Below, piece after piece: positions 25,566 to 38,426 of a stretch of DNA of 64,000 bases. The translations under genes were made by a program, and so were the position numbers. Position 1 is the stretch's first letter. Each line of letters starts with the position of its first letter. The stretch lies in assembly GCA_023515795.1 (NCBI GenBank), contig JALGPX010000002.1:124001-188000 (forward strand). Reading direction: 5' to 3'. The DNA comes from Amoeboaphelidium occidentale (lineage: Eukaryota). Below the pieces are notes generated by a model. That model was not told the DNA's origin. It did no database searches and saw only the letters and a program-made list of their open reading frames with translations.

Positions 25566-25831
25566 TCAAAGCATCGTCGGTAGGATTCCAAAGCGCTTCT
25601 TCAAAGTAACTCTCTGCTTGGAGTATTTATCGTCAGGGGAAAATCTATCACGTTAATATCGCTCTTGATGATCGTCATGATTGTTACCTTGCTGGATGAG
25701 CTGATTTGGTCATTTTTCCAGAAGGCTCAGTCTTCTACACAAACAGATAAGTCCACGTGATATGTCCGCAGCGTTACCTTAAGAGTGTAAACGCGATTTC
25801 CCTCGCTATCAGGATAGTACATCAAATGCAT
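25566..25831 (-). CDS. NOP10: H/ACA ribonucleoprotein subunit Nop10 (3 exons; absent from the ORF track)
   Basis: Spliced MHLMYYPDSEGNRVYTLK|KTEPSGKMTKSAHPA|RFSPDDKYSKQRVTLKKRFGILPTML*. Confidence 0.95.
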
Positions 25832-26019
25832 TTTGGTTCAATCTGTGTCTTGCAAAAAATTGAAAATTCGCCGGCTTGATTCTTTGAAGCAGAAACGGAG
25901 GTGTTTCATCCCTCAACAGCAAAATCCGTTAAGAAGCCTCTCGCGCTCTTTCCGTCTGCATATATGAACCCTCCACAGATCAAATTTTTTATTGACTCCA
26001 CTTTTCGATACACTTCACA

Positions 26020-27986
26020 TTAAGAACACAAGACCAAAGCACGCTGTCCAAAGTATCGAACATCCTGGTCATTGTCCTCCGTCATTTTGCTCAAAGCAGG
26101 TTTGATAACTTCAGTGACGATAGGATGATTTGCAGATTTCTTTAGAATTGGGATAATAACTTCAAGGCATTTAGCAGCATTAAAACGGATATTAGGAATA
26201 GGATCCTTGGTCAATTGGAGTACAGCTGGAACAATTAACTCTTTTACAGTATCTGGTGAGAGAGCTGTTGACAAGGCCTACGAATTAGTAGTCTCAATTG
26301 CAAGAAACTTACGGATAAGCTGAATAGAGTGGTTATGCGGTAAGTAAAGACATTATTGCTTGTCATGGCAAGAACCTTTGGTAAGATAACCTCCTGAAAA
26401 AGTTAGAAATGCATGATAACACATAACCTTTGTCCAAGACTCGCCGAAAACTTCAGCAAGACGTTTAAGGTTCACTGTGGCAGCTTCTCTAATTGAAAAG
26501 ATAGGATCAGTCAACCATGACATACACATATTTCCCAATTTTTCGTCAAAGAACTTGACACCCAACTGTTTTGCAAGCAATGGAATGAACTCAATAATTG
26601 CAAGTCGAACACGCCATTGCTTATCTTCAGCCAATTCAACAATGGCTGGGAATAAGGATTGTGATAACAACTCAATTCCAATAACTTGATTAACAGCATC
26701 CAACTTGCTGATAATATTAAGACGTACTTCAGGGAATTCATCTTTCAAGCATTGCAAAAATAGTGGCAACAAGTGATCAATAGTACTGCCCTTTCCTAGA
26801 ACTGGAGCTAATCCACTAACTTGTAAAGCGATAGCTGAGCGAACATGTTGAGATCCATCGGTAACCAACTCTTTAACACATGGGACAATGTCTTTTAACA
26901 CTATCTGAGGATCGTTGATTATCTTGCTGAATTCAGGAATTTGTGAGCAAGCTGCGATCCTAACTTCAGCTTCTGCGTCTTTCAAAACATGAACAAAGGC
27001 TCCGATTAAATCTTCCTTCACAGTTTGTGGGCCCACAGCCTTTGCTAAAGATACAAACTTCTCAGCAATAACATAACGAACTCTCCAGCTCTTATCACTG
27101 TACAAACTTCTGAGAGTGTTGAGGATGTGCGTTCTAGAATCTGCTGGTCCCAAAACTTCAGCGATAGAAACGCAGCACTCAACTGCCAAAAGACGAACAC
27201 TGTCTTGTTCATCAGAAGCCAAAGAGTTGAACAACGCAATAAAGTCATCGATAACATGTTGCTTGGACAATTGTTTCACGAACTTTGCCAAGTGAGTGGC
27301 AGCAGCTCTACGTACCATCGGAGTATCATCATGGCAAAGAGTTGCAAATGTTCTAAAAGTTAAGACAGCTTCAAATAATGAACAGGTACTTTCTAAGCTC
27401 TTCTTGTACAGCTGGCTTTGGTTTGGAGTAAATCGGAGTGAGTAAACCACATGCGCTTGTTCTGCTTGTGAACCAGTCATTTGCAGCAAGTCTCTTAATA
27501 ACAGGAACATAGTAATGTTCAGCTTGTTCAGCACTTAAAACGGCAGCGATTTTAGCCATAGATTCAACAGCCTTTAAATATCAATACCAAATCTTTACAA
27601 AGCCATTATACCTTGTCACGGACGACAGTTTCTTCTACGGCAGCCAAGTTTTCCAATGGCGTGAGCAGAGTGTGAGCAAAAGATGGGCCACCAATGAAAT
27701 CAATCAAGCCTCCAAGCTCTTCAGCTAAAGCAAGCAACACTTCATCCTCATCTTCAACGGATTCTTTACAAAAGTTAAGAGGGACTCAGTATGACAAATC
27801 GTTACCATCCAAGAAAGGAATCAGCTCTTCTCTAGCCCTGTCTGCTCCTAGAGCAAGCGCAATAGTCGAAAGTCTTCTGATCGCATTCAAGCGGTATGCA
27901 ACTTCGTCATGCTTCAGCTCATCGATGAGAACTGCTATTGGATAGAGGGCTTCTTCTCCCTGAGCGTTTGTTGGTTCTGGTTCCAT
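26020..27986 (-). CDS. PPP2R1A: Protein phosphatase 2A scaffold subunit A (HEAT repeats), multi-exon
   Basis: [70 protein letters not shown]. Confidence 0.97.
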
Positions 27987-28085
27987 TGGGCTTCAAATTT
28001 GATTTGAGGAAACAGTTTCGACCATGTGTTTGACGGCCGGAATGTGAAACGCTTAAGATGCGTAATTTTTATTCAAGGCATTTTG

Positions 28086-30191
28086 CTATTTAAGTTCAGG
28101 GATATTTCCATAGAGCTTTAAGCAGTCTGGGTTAACGAGGGTGGCAGAAGATGTGACAGATATTCCTGACACAATCTTTTTCACAGCAACTTCTACTTTC
28201 TTGCCATTAATCGTGTAAGGAATATCAGCAATTGGCAGTATAACTGCTGGGACATGTCTTGGCGATAACTCTGTTCTTATTCTGACTTTGATCTTATCGA
28301 CTAAATCTTTGTTAAACTCACAACCTTCTTTCATCTTCAAGAACAATACAACTCTTTCGTCATTATCTTCTGGTCTTTTCTGTCCAACCACAATAGAGTC
28401 TGCAACAAACTCATTGAATTTATCGACAACATTGTATATCTCTGCGCTTCCAAATCTAACTCCTGCTGGTTTCAATGTCCCATCGCTCCTTCCTAACATT
28501 ACAACACCAAAAGTATTTGGATTAATCCATAGATAGTCCCCATGATACCAAACATGCTCGTAATTTGAAAAGTAGGCTTCTCTGTATTTTGCTTTGCTTT
28601 CATCGTTCCAGAATGAAACAGGCATGCAAGGAAACGGTTTCTTGCAAACTAAATCACCGCTTTCACCATAAACAGGCTTGTTCATATCGACCCAAGATTC
28701 CACAGCCATACCTAAGCATCTTGCTTGGATCTCTCCACGGTACACTGGCAAAGTATGATTGTGTCCAGCAAACAAGGAAACAATATCTGTGCCTCCAGTA
28801 ATAGAAGCCAAACAGATATCACTCTTGATGTTTTTGTAAACAAAATCATAACTAGCCCCTGCCAGTGGTGAACCAGTGGAGTAAATTTCATTTAATTTCT
28901 CAAGCTTGAACTTTTCAATCGGGTGAATCTTCATCTCTTCCAAAGACTGAATGTATTTAGCGCTAGTACCAAACTTTGTAAAACCATGCTTCTCTGCCAA
29001 TTGCCACAAAATATCAGCATCAGGTTTAAAAGGAGAACCATCAAACAAAACAATGGTACATCCAACAGCTAATGCAGAAACCAACCAATTCCACATCATC
29101 CAACCTGTGGTTGTATATTGAAAGAACACATCGTCCCTTGTCATGTCACCATGAATAACGTGCTCTTTTAAATGTTGGATAAGAGTTCCACCAGCAGAGT
29201 GAACGATGCATTTTGGCTTTCCTGTTGTTCCAGAACTGTACAAAATGTACAATGGATGATTAAAAGGCAACTCTTCAAACACCAACTTTTCTCCATCCCC
29301 AGACTTCAAGAAGTCATCATAAGTAACCCATTTTGCATTGTCTTTGGGAACATCAGAAAAGCCCAAAGACTCAACAAAATTTATAATGACAACCTTCTCA
29401 AGGGATTCCAAAGACTCGGCAACTGCTTTTACCTTTGAAATATGCTCATAAGTCTTTCCATTATAAACGACACCATTAACGGAAACCAACACTTTTGGTC
29501 TTATCTGCTGGAATCTGTCTAGAACACCAGTCGCTCCAAAATCTGGCGAAGTAGAACTCCAAATAATGCCAAGACTTGTCGCAGCCAACATGAACACAAT
29601 CGCTTCAACGCAGTTCGGGATGTATGCAGCTACACGGTCTCCAACATGAAGGCCAGCCTTTTTTAAGGCACTCGCACACTTCTCAACCATATTAAATAAC
29701 TCCTGGTAAGTGATCTTGTACTCCTTACCAAGCTCGCCTGAAAATTTAGAAGCTGCGACAAAGTTTTAACTCGTACCAGTAGCAATTATAGCCAAATGAT
29801 CATCTCGGTACTTCAAAAGATTCTCAGCAAAGTTCATTCTGGCCCCAATAAACCACGTTGGAATGTTGTCCATCTTAATGTCTGAGACGACCTGACAATG
29901 ATTAACTTCCATTAAAAAGCACAGCTTACTTGCATATACTTTTGCGAGTATTTTATGCCCAAGTAGTCCCACATAAGCCCCCAAAATTCTGCGTGGTGTT
30001 CGCAAGACCATTTATGCAAATCGTGGTAATTCTCTTAACAAGTTATAGTTCGGCGCAACCATGGAAAGATTACTCAAGTCCACTCTGAATTTGTCATTAA
30101 CAGTTTTACGAAGATGTTCCATTTTGGTCTTTTCGATGGCTTTTGGTTGCCACATAATCTTTGGCTCAAGTGACAAGTTGCTGCCGTCCAT
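28086..30191 (-). CDS. AACS: Acetoacetyl-CoA synthetase, multi-exon
   Basis: WFIGARMNFAENLL, SPDFG, YSSGTTGKPKCIVH, TTTGWMMWNW, SITGGTDI, GRSDGTL, NGKKVE. Confidence 0.93.
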
Positions 30192-30312
30192 TTTGCTTTT
30201 GAATTGGGTGCAATGCGTTCTCGTGAGAAGCAGAAAACTTGGTGCCACAATATGGCGCAAATGCTTTGGGGCTCAATTCCGTTTCATCTCTAAAATAGAC
30301 ACGCCTTTATTC

Positions 30313-31587
30313 TTATAATGCTTTAAGATCTAATTCAGAGATATTCTTTCTTTCGACGCCAAGAACTTCCTTCTCGAAGTCAAGCAGCTGAAACACGAAG
30401 CCAAGATTAGGGCTAACATTAGGGCTTTTCTTCTTAACAAAAGTATAAGCTTCTTCCATAGAGATTTTGAGTTCCTTCATTACATATGCGATCACCAAAG
30501 TTGCGGATCTTGATAAGCCTTGCTTGCAGTGTATAAGTACAGCCTTGTCCTTGGAGTTGACGAGATCAATAAAGTCAAAAGCTGGTTTAAAATACTGTAA
30601 TATACGCTCTTCATTGTGAGTCCAAGGCAAGTGTAGATACAAGGGCGGCTCAAACTTTGTAAGATCGACACTAGAAGCTACACCTGATCGTAAAGAGCCC
30701 TCCGATTTTGATTTTAGCAATGATACATTGTCTTTCTGTGACGAGTTTGCTCCTTCTGATACCTCTGTTTGCTCTTGTAATTCAAGCGCGTCATGCTCAT
30801 CTGTTTCATCTTCAAGATCGCTCTCGATTGATGATGCAGAATCGCTTTGTACTTTAGACACATCCTTATCTGTGAATTGCCTTTTCTGCTCAGATGTGAC
30901 TGACGGGAGACTCAAAAGCGATATTCGTTTGCTTGAAGAATTATTGTCGTGGTGACTTGTTGAGTAAGAAGAATGAGCATGCGAGTAGCTCGACATCCTC
31001 TTATCGTTCTTTGACGTTGATAAATTTAAAGGATTATATATCGGAGAAGATGGTCCTGCATCTTGAACAGATATGTCCTCCAATTCTTCGGTCAACAGTT
31101 TCACGCCAACCTGATTCTGTTCAAAGTGGTTCTTGCACTCTTTTGCCACATTTATGATACCTCCAATATTCTTCTTCATGAGCACAATCTGAGAGGACGC
31201 ATTCTTCTCACTGCCAAGATAAAGATTGCCCAGTATCAAAATCGGTTCATCTTGATATGGTCCTGCACCCCACTTGGGAGCTTGATCCGAGCCAGCGGAC
31301 ATTGGGTGGGCAGAAGAAGGTGTAACGGAATGACGGATATGAGACGTAGCCGGACTCTTTGGAATCTCTACCGTTTGAACTGAGATGTGCTTTCCATCTT
31401 TAGGTTGACTTGCTGCAGTTAAGAGTCGATCACTGCTTATGGATGTCGGCGACACGGTTGGTGATCTTGAGTTTGAATCGACAGAAGGAGTAATCTTAAG
31501 TCCAAGAGGTCTTCCTATTCTCTTTAGCTGCTTCTTTTCTGCTGTGGTGTTGTCCATATATATTTCGCGACTAAAAATAGATGTCAT
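30313..31587 (-). CDS. Dual-specificity (MAPK-type) protein phosphatase with a large low-complexity insert
   Basis: LYLGSE, INVAKEC, YLHLPWTHN, HCKQGLSRS (CX5R), AYVMK, SPNLGFVFQL. Confidence 0.9.
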   Translation of the reverse strand: MTSIFSREIYMDNTTAEKKQLKRIGRPLGLKITPSVDSNSRSPTVSPTSISSDRLLTAASQPKDGKHISVQTVEIPKSPATSHIRHSVTPSSAHPMSAGSDQAPKWGAGPYQDEPILILGNLYLGSEKNASSQIVLMKKNIGGIINVAKECKNHFEQNQVGVKLLTEELEDISVQDAGPSSPIYNPLNLSTSKNDKRMSSYSHAHSSYSTSHHDNNSSSKRISLLSLPSVTSEQKRQFTDKDVSKVQSDSASSIESDLEDETDEHDALELQEQTEVSEGANSSQKDNVSLLKSKSEGSLRSGVASSVDLTKFEPPLYLHLPWTHNEERILQYFKPAFDFIDLVNSKDKAVLIHCKQGLSRSATLVIAYVMKELKISMEEAYTFVKKKSPNVSPNLGFVFQLLDFEKEVLGVERKNISELDLKAL

Positions 31588-31748
31588 CTTCTTCAAAAAT
31601 CTGGCTCGCAACTTTCACTTGTCGACCAAAAGTGGCTATAAAGATAATTTTCTATTCCCGAAAAAAGCCAAATGAGTTTCAACTCAAGCCCTTAATGATA
31701 ACACCTTACACTTAACATTACATTAAACTCGAACTAAAATTTTATGCA

Positions 31749-32745
31749 TTAAACTATCGTGGGCTCTTCTGTGGCACTTTCCGAAGTTGCTCTTGACTTG
31801 TTGTAGAACATTTCCGTATTACGCGTCTTGGAGCTAGCATAACTTTGCTTTCTACGGTTGATAGTTGCAAACTCATCCTCGTGCCCATATTTCTTCATTT
31901 GAAACTTCAAGAACAGCAAAGATAAGCTTAGCATCAGCAGCATTAATGTGTATGCTACATGCGTAAGATCTCTAGCAAGCGTAGAGGTCAGATAGCTATT
32001 TAAGAATACAGCAACAGCAGCGAGAAATGCCCAAAACACGGAAAGCATCCCGAAGTATGCAATAATCTCCAACTTTGTCCACGTTGTTTCATCTTTAGTC
32101 AAGGAGAATATTTTCTTGGCCGTATTAGCGTAGCGCATAAATTCTACAGTGTAAATGATATCTGCAGCGACTAGGAAAATAGCCATGATGAGTCTAGTAA
32201 CGCTTGGAGGGACGACGCCAACAGGTTTGATTTCGAAAGCTATTAATGCCAAGTGACCGACTAAAACTACAATGATAACAGCAGGAACAAATATTTGCAT
32301 GAAATTTCCTAGTGCAGGTCTCTTCAATAAGATACCCTTTGATCTAATGTACAAGTAGTAAGTATACATCGCAACGATCAATGCGTTGATAACGTATATC
32401 ACGACCATGAGCACTTGGTGACCAACACCAACATTAAAACAAGCCCTATCAAATGCATGCAGAAGAATAATGAGAGTTATTGCAACGATAGTAGCCAGAG
32501 AAGTTGCAGTGAAGAACTTTTTGACACCCAACCATAATGAACCATCTTGTGACGACAACTTCAACAACCACAATATCTGTGCGATACCGAACACAGCTTC
32601 CAGTATACTCGCTACAAAGAAGGCATCGCCAAAACTACAACTGTGCATGTATTGACTCGGAAAAAGAGTCTATTTATAGCAACCCGCTTATGAAGACTAA
32701 TTCCGCACCGAAAACTAAGCATACAATAGCTAGATCGCGCTCCAT
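31749..32745 (-). CDS. Multi-pass (about 7 TM) membrane protein of unknown function
   Basis: ORF 31749-32648 has about seven hydrophobic segments and a polar tail. A possible short first exon from the ATG at 32745 is joined by a GTATGC...TAG intron. Confidence 0.6.
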
Positions 32746-32780
32746 GTAGTATAACGGCAGAATATACCATTATTGATAAC

Positions 32781-34044
32781 TTAAACCATGGCATTCGTGA
32801 TCAATTCATAGCTCTTTCTGAATTCATTCAAGACATTTACAACTTGATTATCGATTTCGCCGAATTCTTCAATAGAAAAAGGATACTTGAAGCCAATGGT
32901 CCTTTTCATAGTTTCCTTCATCTTTAACAGTTTGATTTGATTAACTTGGCCAGACAGCTGGCTGTATTGTTTCCATATCAAAGATAAGCATAATAAAGCA
33001 TTCCTCATAATTTTTAGTGAAGTAGAATCAGTTATCCTGCCAACTTCAAAAGCAGAACTACTGCATTCGACCCATATTTGAATGAGAAGAGGGTGCATTT
33101 GAGAGATAACATTCTCAACCTTTTTTCTGCTATCCAGTCCCATTTCTTCAGTGTCTTCTTCAGTAGAGCTGAATGAAGGAAATACCACATCTACAACCAA
33201 AGGACATTTGATGGTTGTAATTAAACTAATAGAACCCAGCGCGAAATGAATAGGCTTGTAATTAGCACCTTTGGATGAAATGCTTTTGATTTGAGCATGA
33301 AGATACTTGTACAAACCGGAAAGAATCTGCAACCGCCCATTTGATTTTCCTAATGAACTATGTGGACTCACTCTCAAACTTGAAGTGCCATGATTTCCAG
33401 CCCTAGTGGTGTCTGGAGAGAGCAATTGTAAAAAGACAGGAAACAGCTTTCCCTGATCAAACTTGACAATTAACCGTGGTGTTATTTCCAAGTAAACCGT
33501 TAATAAACTCAACGCATCAATTTGTATTTCCTCATCCAAATGTGTCAGTGCAGCACGTAAGCGCACTACTAAACCCTCAAAGAAACTCGACAAGCGATCG
33601 TTGCGAACACTCTGAACAAGTTGCCTCATGAACGATACATAACTCTTTCTAACAGCAGAATTCTTATCGAATATCGTCTGTAAAGTTCCTGTTATCATGA
33701 GCGAAAACTCATCGCGTACCAAATGATGTTCGTGCTTTACAATATCAGTCAGAGTAACTAGCGCAGCTTTGCGGGAACTGGGATTTGAATGATTAACTTG
33801 AACAAGAGCATTCTTTAGCTTCATTAGAAGTGCTTCCCTCTGGTCCACGGTTAAATCAGCATTAGCAATTGACTGAGCGCGTATCACAACTTTCTTCGAC
33901 TTGAACGAGGTATCTGTCTCCTTGGACGACGCGATCTTTCTGCCCAACTTCAATTTTACTTTCTAGCAAGGTTATGTACACAGAAGGTTCGAAATTACCT
34001 GAAAGTCCTGATTCTTTTGGCGTTTCTTTCTAGATGTTGGCATA
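32781..34044 (-). CDS. IPI1: Pre-rRNA processing protein Ipi1/TEX10-like
   Basis: MPTSRKKRQKNQDFQ|KVKLKLGRK...TDTSFKSKKVVI...QSI, ALTHLDEEIQIDAL. Confidence 0.85.
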
Positions 34045-34348
34045 TCGTTGATGGAAAAAGCCTTAAGAGACATAGTTCCAGAGCAACACAGACAATATCA
34101 ACCATTAACCATCAAATACTCCCTATGGATGCCGCGATCTACGCGATCTCATTCATAATCCCTTTTAACTTCGCAGGAGTAACTTGTTTGAGCTGAACTT
34201 GCCTTGTTTGACAAAGCTTGATCGATTCGATTAGCAAGCCTTTTGTCGCCAAAACCCAAAAGATTTCTCTGTCATAACGAACAGGGCCCACTTACGCTCT
34301 TTTTGGATTTTTTACAAGTTTTGCTTTTATTGATTTACACTTTCTCTA

Positions 34349-34851
34349 ATGCCTCCTAAAACCGTCCCTGTCGAAGTACTTTTGATATTGTTTTAGTGAG
34401 CATTCTAACTATATTTCATTAATAGTTTCAATGGAAACATGGTGGCAAGCAGGTCATCTTAACCGGTAAGCTCTGAGGTATCTCAATGCATCTGATCGTC
34501 ATAGGAACCTTTGACAATTGGAAGATGTCTGTGCCAATGAAGAAGAATCCAAAGGCTGCTGATGAATTTTTCGCAATTGTCAATTTGGATCCTTTCGATA
34601 AAGTTTTCTTCAAGTATGTCGTCGATGGTGTGTGGAGATGCTCAGGGGAGTTTCCTACGGAGGGTGATCAGAATGGAAATGTGAATAATTGGCGGGTACC
34701 ATCACAAGAGCCATTGTATCAGCAAGTCAGTCCAGAAGACGCAAACGTACCTTTGAAAGCTACATTGGCTCCATCTTCTGCTAAGAATCCTGAAAAGATA
34801 CGCAATGTCATAATTCCTGAAACAAAGGGGGCAACTGCAAAGCAGCGTTAA
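34349..34851 (+). CDS. CBM48/AMPK-beta-type glycogen-binding domain protein (3 exons)
   Basis: MPPKTVPVE|FQWKHGGKQVILT|GTFDNW...FKYVVDGVWR...GNVNN. Confidence 0.85.
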
Positions 34852-34919
34852 GGCCCAAAGGCTGTTTTGCATAATAAAATGTGTTTCTTGTATAGCTCTT
34901 TACGAGTCAACTAGTTTAG

Positions 34920-35300
34920 ATGGAAGCGTTTCTGCTGAAGTTCGTGTGTGTCAAGAATCATACAGTGAGATACAGGATCATGAATCAAGTGATGCTATTG
35001 GCAGCGTCAGAACAATATCCAATGCATCGCATAAAAGCGTACAAAAACAAACACTTTTATTTTTGGCATAATATGTATCATGTGGAACATTCTTCTCTCA
35101 AAAAGAACCAAAATAATGAATACCGCAAAGACTTGGATGAGGAACGGCGTGCAGCAATGGTTCGGATTGCCGAATCTACAAGTAGATCCTCACCACCAAA
35201 CGACATGCGGCATGTTGTCAGAGTGCCGGAGGTAAGTGAGAAAGAAAAGGCAAGAAAGTTGGTCACGAACATGTTTATCGCGGGATTCTTCACATTGTGA
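34920..35300 (+). CDS. Hypothetical protein
   Basis: 126-aa ATG-initiated ORF filling the intergenic space. No recognised motif. Confidence 0.4.
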   Translation: MEAFLLKFVCVKNHTVRYRIMNQVMLLAASEQYPMHRIKAYKNKHFYFWHNMYHVEHSSLKKNQNNEYRKDLDEERRAAMVRIAESTSRSSPPNDMRHVVRVPEVSEKEKARKLVTNMFIAGFFTL

Positions 35301-35626
35301 GTTCCACATGTTTGAAAGTTTAATTAATAATTTTTAGGATACCATTTTTTGTACTCAGTTTCTTTCCGAAGCCCAAGAATCAGGCTGAGACAGTATACCA
35401 AAAAAGGTCGCGTTTGATATCTATCATTCTAGTGGTTCTTATCGCGGCATTGGCTATTCTGATACCCACGGCATTGAGAGCATCTGAACTAAAGTCCTCG
35501 GAATAAATATGATGTCTTTTATCTTTTGCGTTAGTTTTGGTTTGATATTCTATCATAAAACAGTTAGTGTTTCTTGATTTGATCAGCAAACTATGTGTTT
35601 CAACCTCTGAAAGTGATTTCCACGCA

Positions 35627-35938
35627 ATGAATTATCAAAAAGATCACCCACAAACCTATTATGGTGGATATGTTGTCGATGTTCCTCGTATGACGCCAGT
35701 ACAGAAGGAAATTGTTGTTATTGAAGAGGAGGGCAGTTGGACAGCGTGCTTTTTCTTTTTGGGTTTCTGTGTTCCTTTCTTGTGGTGTGTCTCAGCGTGC
35801 TGTATGAGGAGACCAAGAGGATCTTGTCAGAATGTTTTCTGGATACTCAACGTGATCTTTGCAGTTCTAACAATCTTGGCGATCGTTGCTGTTTTCGTTC
35901 TCGTCATGGTTCCTGTAGTCAGCCCTTCAGCTCAATAA
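35627..35938 (+). CDS. Small Cys-rich membrane protein
   Basis: Short polar N-terminus, then CFFFLGFCVPFLWCVSACC and a C-terminal TM helix. AATAAA overlaps the stop. Confidence 0.6.
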   Translation: MNYQKDHPQTYYGGYVVDVPRMTPVQKEIVVIEEEGSWTACFFFLGFCVPFLWCVSACCMRRPRGSCQNVFWILNVIFAVLTILAIVAVFVLVMVPVVSPSAQ

Positions 35939-35961
35939 AATATTGATGAGCGTTTATTTCT

Positions 35962-36999
35962 TCAGTAATAAGACGGCTGAATGAATATTATAATCAAAGA
36001 GATCACATAGAAAATACTAGTCAACTGATTAGCCATTCTCCACCTTCTTTGAGTTGGCGTATCCGCAAATATTAAAGAACCGATAAACCAAGTAATTCTA
36101 TAAACAAGCATTAATTCAATTCATTGGAGAAACATTACCCTAGATAAAATCCAGCGATCCATAAAAACATCGCAATTGGTGGTGGTTCTTGAAGCACGAC
36201 TATTTGTACAACTTTGACAATTTGAGTTCGTGGTGTTTCATCTTCCGCGGTAGTCTCTTGCGCGTTTTCTTCTTGAGCGTCTGTAGATGTTTNNNNNNNN
36301 NNNNNNNNNNNATAAAAACATCGCAATTGGTGGTGGTTCTTGAAGCACGACTATTTGTACAACTTTAACAATTTGAGTTCGTGGTGTTTCATCTTCCGCG
36401 GTAGTCTCTTGCGCGTTTTCTTCTTGAGCGTCTGTAGATGTTTGGTTGTAAGTATGTGATATTTCTCCATTGCCTACAACAGATATAGGAGTTGGTTCTT
36501 CAATGATAGGTTCTGGTTCACGCCATAAATAGTCCGGCAACGGTGCCACATTGACTTCCATTCGTTCTGCTCCAAATGGTAGAGCGTATTCGTTAAGTTC
36601 TGTATCCCGATTTCCCCCTGTAGTGACGGCATTCAATGGATCTCCTGTGACTATCTGTGTAACAGGTGCTCGTGAACTTGATCCTTGATCACTATTCGAC
36701 AACCGTCCCAAAAGAGGTATAGATCTAACAAATCCTCTGATTCCATTTCCTGAATTAGAAGAGCTTATCGGATTTGAAGTGTAATTAACTTGTTCCATGA
36801 CCGTACTAGACTGCGGAGGATCATTGTTGATGCTTCGTCGCCTTGGGTTTCGCGATACTTGATTTTGAGATCTAACATTTGATGAACTTCCGCTACCAAT
36901 GTCTACTTCCATAAAAGCATCGGTATCTGTTGGAGGCGGAGGAGGAGCGTAAGCTGGCGCATCCCCAGGATCTTCGTCTGTAAGCTCCAAGTAATTCAT
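35962..36999 (-). CDS. Membrane protein with disordered Pro/Tyr N-terminus and C-terminal hydrophobic hairpin plus TM (spans assembly gap)
   Basis: After removing the gap duplicate and an intron near 36098-36138, it reads ...MFLWIAGFYL|GITWFIGSLIFADTPTQRRWRMANQLTSIFYVISLIIIFIQPSYY*. Confidence 0.6.
36161..36443. repeat. Gap-flanking near-identical duplicate (probable assembly overlap)
   Basis: 36161-36292 repeats at 36312-36443 across an N run, with a SNP. Confidence 0.85.
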
Positions 37000-37053
37000 T
37001 GTGGTGACGATCACCTTGAAACAAACAATAATCTATTTATAACATGTAAACCA

Positions 37054-38391
37054 TCAAGGCGGCCACGTTCTCCCAAACATATCCGGTTCGTCTAGAATTA
37101 AGTTGAAACGCCACGGTTCATCTGTTTTTCTGAATTTTGTCAGTGGTAGATCGTATGGAACCATCACTTGATCATTATCTTCAGGAACGTACAAAACACC
37201 AAGCTCAAAACTACGTATCAATATGTGCTTGCTTTTCAAATTGTAATCACCCCATGCGGCTTTACTTATATTCGCGCTTGTCAATAAGAACCATAATATG
37301 CGGCCTGTTTCAGGATTCCGCTGTAAATATGTTTTAATGTGTGGCATCGCTCTGTCTCGATTTTGCGATTTAGAACTCCATAAATGCATATAATCTCTAA
37401 CGTATTTCTGTTTCATGTAAGTCATATCATTAAAAGGTATTGAGCCTCCAGCTGCATAACCTTCCAAAGAATTTCTGACATTCGCCACGCTTGGCCACAC
37501 AATCTTTAATTGAGCATTTGTCAAAGTGTTAGAGCCATTAGAAAGCGACCTCAAGAACTGACCACAGAGCCAACTCTCTGGATTTGGACCCAAGCTCCCC
37601 ATACTTGAAGCTTGACAGATTATTTCTGTTTTACCATCGTGGTTTGTGATTTTTTGGTGTTTCGCTAATTCTTTGCTAACCTTCAAGTGACCAAATTTGT
37701 TGAAGTCATCGCCACAATGCTTTCCTGGAACAGAAGCGATAAGTGCAACTTTCACGGGAGTAAAATCATACTGTTTCACTTTCCTAATTGTTTCATCCAT
37801 CACGGCTCCGTATGCTTTCAAGTATGAAATAAGATCAAGCTCGAATTGAAATTGTGTGTCTTGGTCTTTTGCTTTCTTGGAAAGCATAGGAGAAATATAC
37901 GCGCCTTGCGTCTTTAATGCCCAGTCTTGAGGAATCATGTTCGCAGTGTGTATCACTAATTGCATTGTGCCATCTTCATAAAATAGTATCATTGCTTTAG
38001 TATGATGAGTACCGTACGGATAAGGCAGAGGTGGGGAATAAAGTTTCAAGTTCTTGTACTTCAATGCTTCAGTATGTAAATTCGTATTGTCTCGCTCGCC
38101 ATGAACGAATAATATCTCAGCCCCTCTGTTTTTGCCTAAGCATGACATAAACCAGCCAATTGAGACCATAAAATTAAACTGCACCATTGAGCTTATGGCT
38201 TTTTTAGAGAGTAAACTTTCTAAGTCGAGCCGTTCGTTCAAAGCATCAACCTCGCCCTGTAACTTTGTCAAAACAAACCGCGGCACCTCTACATTATCTT
38301 TGGTCTTCTTAGCCTTAACCTCCACAACATCCGGAGCTGCGACAGATGGCCTTTTCCTGGTCATGCTGACGAAAATCACATCATCGCTCAT
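37054..38391 (-). CDS. TDP1: Tyrosyl-DNA phosphodiesterase 1
   Basis: Two HxK motifs (GTHHTK, MPHIKTY), IHTAN, LIASVPG, SSMGSLG, SLEGYAAGGSIP, TSANISKAAWG, RSFELGVL. Confidence 0.96.
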   Translation of the reverse strand: MSDDVIFVSMTRKRPSVAAPDVVEVKAKKTKDNVEVPRFVLTKLQGEVDALNERLDLESLLSKKAISSMVQFNFMVSIGWFMSCLGKNRGAEILFVHGERDNTNLHTEALKYKNLKLYSPPLPYPYGTHHTKAMILFYEDGTMQLVIHTANMIPQDWALKTQGAYISPMLSKKAKDQDTQFQFELDLISYLKAYGAVMDETIRKVKQYDFTPVKVALIASVPGKHCGDDFNKFGHLKVSKELAKHQKITNHDGKTEIICQASSMGSLGPNPESWLCGQFLRSLSNGSNTLTNAQLKIVWPSVANVRNSLEGYAAGGSIPFNDMTYMKQKYVRDYMHLWSSKSQNRDRAMPHIKTYLQRNPETGRILWFLLTSANISKAAWGDYNLKSKHILIRSFELGVLYVPEDNDQVMVPYDLPLTKFRKTDEPWRFNLILDEPDMFGRTWPP

Positions 38392-38426
38392 TGTGAAACG
38401 AACGGGATTTTATTGTCTGGCGGAAA

